Shown here piece after piece: positions 60,284 to 64,000 of a DNA stretch of 64,000 nucleotides. The stretch lies in assembly GCA_003446775.1 (NCBI GenBank), contig DMCH01000158.1, forward strand, positions 21,650 to 85,649. Direction: 5' to 3'. The notes beneath the pieces are model-generated. The model worked only from the letters and a program-made list of their open reading frames with translations, made no database searches and was not told the origin of the DNA. The number at the start of each line of letters is the position of its first letter. Within the stretch, counting starts at the first letter, position 1. The position numbers and the translations under genes are program-made. The stretch is from Chloroflexota bacterium (GTDB lineage: Bacteria; Chloroflexota; Dormibacteria; Dormibacterales; Dormibacteraceae).

Positions 60284-61334
60284 GAGCGGTCAGAGGATAG
60301 CAAACCAACGCGGCGGCGGCCGTGGGTCACAGGCGCAGAAGCTATCCTGTCCGGTCATCAATACAAAGATCTCAACAGGCATCCGGGTCGCCGTGACCGG
60401 AGGCGCCGGCTTCATCGGCTCGCACACGGTAGAGCTGCTGGTGGCGGCGTCGGCCAACGTCCTCGTCATCGACGACCACAGCCATCCCTGCGGCGAGCCA
60501 CTCCCGGGCGAGGTCGACGTGGTGTCGGCCGACTGCGGATCGGAAGCGGCGGCCAAAGCACTGGCCAGCTTCAAGCCCGACGTCGTCCTACACCTCGCCT
60601 CCAAGGGAGGCGTGCAGAGGGCCGCCCGTGACCCGGGCGAGCATGTCAAGGCCAGCCTGGCGAGCTCGGTGGGCCTGTTCGACGCGGCGGTCAAGGCCGG
60701 CGCGCGCCGTGTGGTGATCGCGTCGTCGGGAGGCACGATCTACGGCGAAGGCGCGAAGCTGCCCGCCAGGGAGATCTACAAGCCGAACCCGCTCTCCGCG
60801 CACGGCGCGTCCAAGCGATCCGAGGAGATCTACATGGCCGCGCTGGGGTTGAGGCACGGGGTCTCGACGCTGGCGCTGCGCTACGGCAACGTCTACGGTC
60901 CGCGCCAGGACGGCACCGGCGATTCCGGCGTCATCGCCATCACCTGCTACCGGCTGCTCGAACGCGGTTCGCTGCGCATCTATGGGGACGGCGGGCAGAC
61001 GCGCGACTTCGTCTACGTGAGCGACGTGGCCGCCGCCAACGTGGCCGCTGTGTTCGGTCACGTCTCGGGAGAGGTGAACATCGGTACCGGCCGCGAGACC
61101 AGCGTCAACGCGGTCGTCAAGCGCTTGCTCGAGGAGTCGGGCCGGCACGCGAAGAGCGAGTTCCTGCCCGCGCGCGAGTTCGAGGTGCGCCGGGTGTGCC
61201 TCGACCCCGCTCGCGCGCGTCGCTACCTGGGCTGGAAGGCGAAGGTCTCGATCAACGCCGGGCTCGCCGCGACGTGGGCATGGTTTCGCAAGCGCCATGC
61301 GGCGCAGCGGGCGGCCACTTTGGGACTTCCTTGA
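60261..61334 (+). CDS. GalE-like extended SDR epimerase with HxxxK in place of YxxxK; start uncertain
   Basis: IRVAVTGGAGFIGSH, IASSGGTIYG, and LSAHGASK (CAC at 60801-60803). ATG 60261 overlaps the divergent GT2 gene by 23 nt and adds 40 low-complexity residues. The codon aligned with the usual Met is ATC 60381. Confidence 0.65.
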   Translation: MLVRGDVTSGQRIANQRGGGRGSQAQKLSCPVINTKISTGIRVAVTGGAGFIGSHTVELLVAASANVLVIDDHSHPCGEPLPGEVDVVSADCGSEAAAKALASFKPDVVLHLASKGGVQRAARDPGEHVKASLASSVGLFDAAVKAGARRVVIASSGGTIYGEGAKLPAREIYKPNPLSAHGASKRSEEIYMAALGLRHGVSTLALRYGNVYGPRQDGTGDSGVIAITCYRLLERGSLRIYGDGGQTRDFVYVSDVAAANVAAVFGHVSGEVNIGTGRETSVNAVVKRLLEESGRHAKSEFLPAREFEVRRVCLDPARARRYLGWKAKVSINAGLAATWAWFRKRHAAQRAATLGLP

Positions 61335-61390
61335 CGAGCGGCCCTTTCTGACCCGGATCCGCTGCCACGGCGGTACCCTGGGAGCCCACC

Positions 61391-61993
61391 ATGACCCGGG
61401 ACCCCGCCTACGTTCATCCTTCTGCCTTTGTAGCCGAGGATGCCGAGCTGGGGCCCGGCACGAAGGTCTGGCACCTGGCCCAGGTCCGAGAGGGCGCTCG
61501 CATCGGCGCGGAATGCACCTTGAGCAAGGGCGTCTATGTCGGCGAGGGGGTCGTAATCGGTGACCGGGTCAAGATCCAGAACGGCGCCTCGATCTACCCT
61601 GGCGCCACGCTCGAGAACGGTGTCTTCGTGGGCCCGCACGTGTCGTTCACCAACGATCGCCATCCCCGTGCGGTCAACCCCGACGGGTCCTTGAAGACCG
61701 AGGCGGACTGGGAGCTCGGAACCATTTTGGTTCGCGAAGGCGCGTCGCTGGGCGCAGCCTCGGTGCTGGTGGCGGGCATCACCATCGGCCGTTGGGCGCT
61801 GGTCGCGGCCGGCGCTGTGGTTACGCGTGACGTCCCGGACCACGGCCTGGTCGCGGGCAACCCGGCTCGGGTGGTCGGCAACGTCTGTGTCTGCACGCGA
61901 CGGCTACGCGAAGCTGGCGAAGGCGCCCTTGTCTGCGATCGGTGCGGCCGGAAGTACCGATGCGATCCCGACGGTTCGGTGAGGCCGGCATGA
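61391..61993 (+). CDS. Hexapeptide-repeat N-acetyltransferase (WbpD/WlbB-like)
   Basis: VHPSAFVAEDAELGPGTKVWHLAQVREGARIGAECTLSKGVYVGEGVVIGDRVKIQNGASIY...VFVGPHVSFTND...GNPARVVG shows left-handed beta-helix repeats collinear with WlbB-type enzymes. Confidence 0.75.
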   Translation: MTRDPAYVHPSAFVAEDAELGPGTKVWHLAQVREGARIGAECTLSKGVYVGEGVVIGDRVKIQNGASIYPGATLENGVFVGPHVSFTNDRHPRAVNPDGSLKTEADWELGTILVREGASLGAASVLVAGITIGRWALVAAGAVVTRDVPDHGLVAGNPARVVGNVCVCTRRLREAGEGALVCDRCGRKYRCDPDGSVRPA

Positions 61994-63111
61994 AACAGGC
62001 GCGGCCGGTCGCGAGCGAGCCCCGACTCGAGATCGCGCATCCGCTGATCGGCGAAGAGGAGAAGCGAGCCGTGCTGGCAGTGCTCGAAAGCGGCCAGCTC
62101 GCGCAGGGACCCGTGGTGGCCGCGTTCGAAGATGCCTTCGCGCGGTGGCTCGGCGTGAAGCATGCGGTCGCCGTTGCCTCCGGTACCGCCGGATTGCACC
62201 TCGCGCTCCTCGCTCACGGGATTGGAGAGGGCGACGAGGTCGTGACCGCGCCCTTCACGTTCATCGCTTCCGCCAACTCCGTTCTGTTCGCACGGGCTAC
62301 CCCCGTCTTCGCCGACGTCCAGGCCGGCAACTTCTGCATCGATCCGGCGCGCGTGGAGGTAGCGATCACGCCGCGCACCCGCGCCATCCTTCCCGTCCAT
62401 TTATATGGGCACCCGGCGCCGATGGCCGAACTGGGCGAAATCGCCCGGCGGCACGGGCTGCTCCTCATCGAAGACGCGTGTCAGGCGCACGGGGCGACAG
62501 TGCACGGCCGGAAGGTCGGCGCGCTCGGGCACACAGCGGTCTTCTCCCTGTACCCGACCAAGAACATGACCTCGGGCGAAGGCGGGTTCGTGACCACCGA
62601 TGACCCGGCCATCGCGTCTGCGATTCGAACGCTGCGCCAGCATGGGGAAGGCGAGCGCTACCACCACGAAGTGCTCGGTTACAACTTCCGCATGACCGAT
62701 GTCGCGGCGGCGATCGGCCTCGCGCAGCTCGCCCGCCTCGACGGTTTCAACGCCGCGCGCCGCCATCATGCGCAGATCCTCAGCGCCGGGCTGGCGGGTG
62801 CAGCCGGGCTCGCGGTCCCTGGGGAAAGCAGCAGCTATGGGCACGTCTATCACCAGTACACGGTCCGCGTCGAGGCCGGCCGGGACGGCCTGCGCAAGCG
62901 GCTCGATGCGCGCGGCATCGGAACCGGCGTCTACTACCCCATCCCCATTCACCATCAGCCGGTCTATGTCGAGCGCGGCTACGGCGGCCAGTCGTTTCCG
63001 ACCGCCGAACGCCTGGCCCAAGAGGTGCTGAGCCTGCCCGTGCACCCGGCCCTCAGCGACGCGGACCTGCAGCGCATCGTGCGCTCGGTGCGCGAGGAGC
63101 TCGCGGGATGA
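61990..63111 (+). CDS. DegT-family aminotransferase (WbpE/WlbC-like)
   Basis: ATG 61990 overlaps the upstream stop (ATGA). Motifs: IAHPLIGEEEKRAVLAVLESGQLAQGP, IEDACQAHGA, FSLYPTKNMTSGEGGFVTT. Confidence 0.85.
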   Translation: MKQARPVASEPRLEIAHPLIGEEEKRAVLAVLESGQLAQGPVVAAFEDAFARWLGVKHAVAVASGTAGLHLALLAHGIGEGDEVVTAPFTFIASANSVLFARATPVFADVQAGNFCIDPARVEVAITPRTRAILPVHLYGHPAPMAELGEIARRHGLLLIEDACQAHGATVHGRKVGALGHTAVFSLYPTKNMTSGEGGFVTTDDPAIASAIRTLRQHGEGERYHHEVLGYNFRMTDVAAAIGLAQLARLDGFNAARRHHAQILSAGLAGAAGLAVPGESSSYGHVYHQYTVRVEAGRDGLRKRLDARGIGTGVYYPIPIHHQPVYVERGYGGQSFPTAERLAQEVLSLPVHPALSDADLQRIVRSVREELAG

Positions 63112-64000
63112 TCCGGATCGGCGTCGTCGGCCTCGGCGTGATGGGGCGCAGCCACGCTCGCGTCCTGGACGACATCGACCATGCGAACCTGGTCGCCGTC
63201 TGCGACCCCGCCGAGGAAGCCATGGCTTGGGCCAGGAAACGACGTCTGACCGGCTACCGCTCGTACCGGGAGCTGTTCGACCACGAGCGGCTTGACGCGG
63301 TGACCGTCGCGGTGCCGACCCGATTCCATCTCGAGGTGGGCCTGGCCGCAATCGAGCGGGGCCTGCACGTGTTGATGGAGAAGCCGATCGCAACCGACCT
63401 GGTCGAGGCGCACCAGCTCGTGGCCGCCGCCAAGAAACGCGGCACGGTGCTCGCCATCGGCCATGTCGAGCGCTTCAACCCCGCAGTCCGGGAGCTCAAG
63501 AAGCAGCTCGACGCCGGTGAGCTGGGCCGCATCTTCCAGGTCCACTCCCGCCGTCAAGGCCCATTTCCCTCGCGCATCAGAGATGTCGGCGCCGTGATCG
63601 ACCTCGCCACCCACGACCTCGATGTCATGCGCTACCTGCTCGGGGTCGAGGTCGTGCGACTGTACGCGGAGACAGAACGGCGCATCCACACCGAGCATGA
63701 AGACATGCTCAATGCGCTGCTCAGGTTCGACGACGGGGCGGTCGGCGTCATGCAGGTCAACTGGCTGACGCCGACCAAGATCCGCGAGCTGTCGGTGCTC
63801 GGTGAGCGCGGGATGCTGCACCTCAACTACCTGACTCAAGACCTGACCTTCTTCGAGAACAGCACCGCCACCGGCGCCGAGGTGCCGCTGTCCCTGCTGA
63901 CGGGGGTGAGCGAGGGCACCCTCCTGCGGCACATCGTCGACCGCGCTGAGCCGCTTCGCCTGGAGCTCGAGTCGTTTCTCGCTTCGGTCGCGAACAACAC
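63108..64000 (+). CDS. Gfo/Idh/MocA-family NAD-dependent oxidoreductase (WbpB/WlbA-like), 3' end outside window
   Basis: Not in the ORF track because it has no stop within the window. ATG 63108 overlaps the upstream stop (ATGA). Reads MIRIGVVGLGVMGRSHARVL...AVTVAVPTRFHLEVGLAAIERGLHVLMEKP...GHVERFNPAV. Confidence 0.8.
   Translation, partial: MIRIGVVGLGVMGRSHARVLDDIDHANLVAVCDPAEEAMAWARKRRLTGYRSYRELFDHERLDAVTVAVPTRFHLEVGLAAIERGLHVLMEKPIATDLVEAHQLVAAAKKRGTVLAIGHVERFNPAVRELKKQLDAGELGRIFQVHSRRQGPFPSRIRDVGAVIDLATHDLDVMRYLLGVEVVRLYAETERRIHTEHEDMLNALLRFDDGAVGVMQVNWLTPTKIRELSVLGERGMLHLNYLTQDLTFFENSTATGAEVPLSLLTGVSEGTLLRHIVDRAEPLRLELESFLASVANN

Noticed and set aside
62979-63932. A 317-aa minus-strand ORF at the right edge, plus 62401-63393 (-).
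   Set aside because: The plus strand here encodes a clean Gfo/Idh/MocA N-terminus (MIRIGVVGLGVMGRSHARVL...EKP...GHVERFNP). It is missing from the track only because it has no stop inside the window.

Overview
GC-rich bacterial chromosomal window. I recognised no rRNA, tRNA, CRISPR, transposase or integrase. All domain calls come from reading motifs by eye; no searches were run.

Layout:
(i) 1-2011: leuC (3' end), leuD and a DegT-type sugar aminotransferase.
(ii) 2096-28289: a surface-protein island with seven genes for large secreted proteins. An eighth member lies at 55757-58180. Their N-terminal modules differ: GH18 (twice), PQQ-like propeller, two unknown domains, CAP+IPT/TIG, an unknown propeller-like domain, a ~20-blade Asp-box propeller with Cys pairs, and amidase_2+FN3. 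All eight end in 4-9 tandem copies of one ~97-99 aa two-cysteine repeat and stop right after the last unit (...YTLT*). I count 40 copies. Only ilvD and a Wzy_C (O-antigen-ligase-like) gene interrupt the island.
(iii) 28329-64000: a large glycan-assembly cluster. It holds seven methyltransferases, three paralogues of an unusual GT-A-like family, a Wzx flippase, a fused Wzx-Wzy_C protein and two nucleotide-sugar dehydrogenases. It also holds several SDR epimerases/dehydratases, a CapD-like dehydratase, a split transketolase, three DegT aminotransferases, a PglC-like initiating transferase, an ArnC-like GT2, a GT-C-like membrane protein and a WbpB/E/D-like module.

Main hypothesis: a previously undescribed family of surface-displayed enzymes on a repeat stalk, possibly O-glycosylated on the Ser/Ala/Pro-rich motif that opens every repeat, encoded next to the machinery that builds the glycan.

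Other points: two families of G/C-arm palindromic intergenic elements; a shared TTGAC(C/G)-17/18-TAGAGT promoter; pervasive NTGA start/stop overlaps; and at least two genes whose conserved N-termini lie upstream of any ATG/GTG/TTG. Start codons are often ambiguous in this GC-rich DNA.
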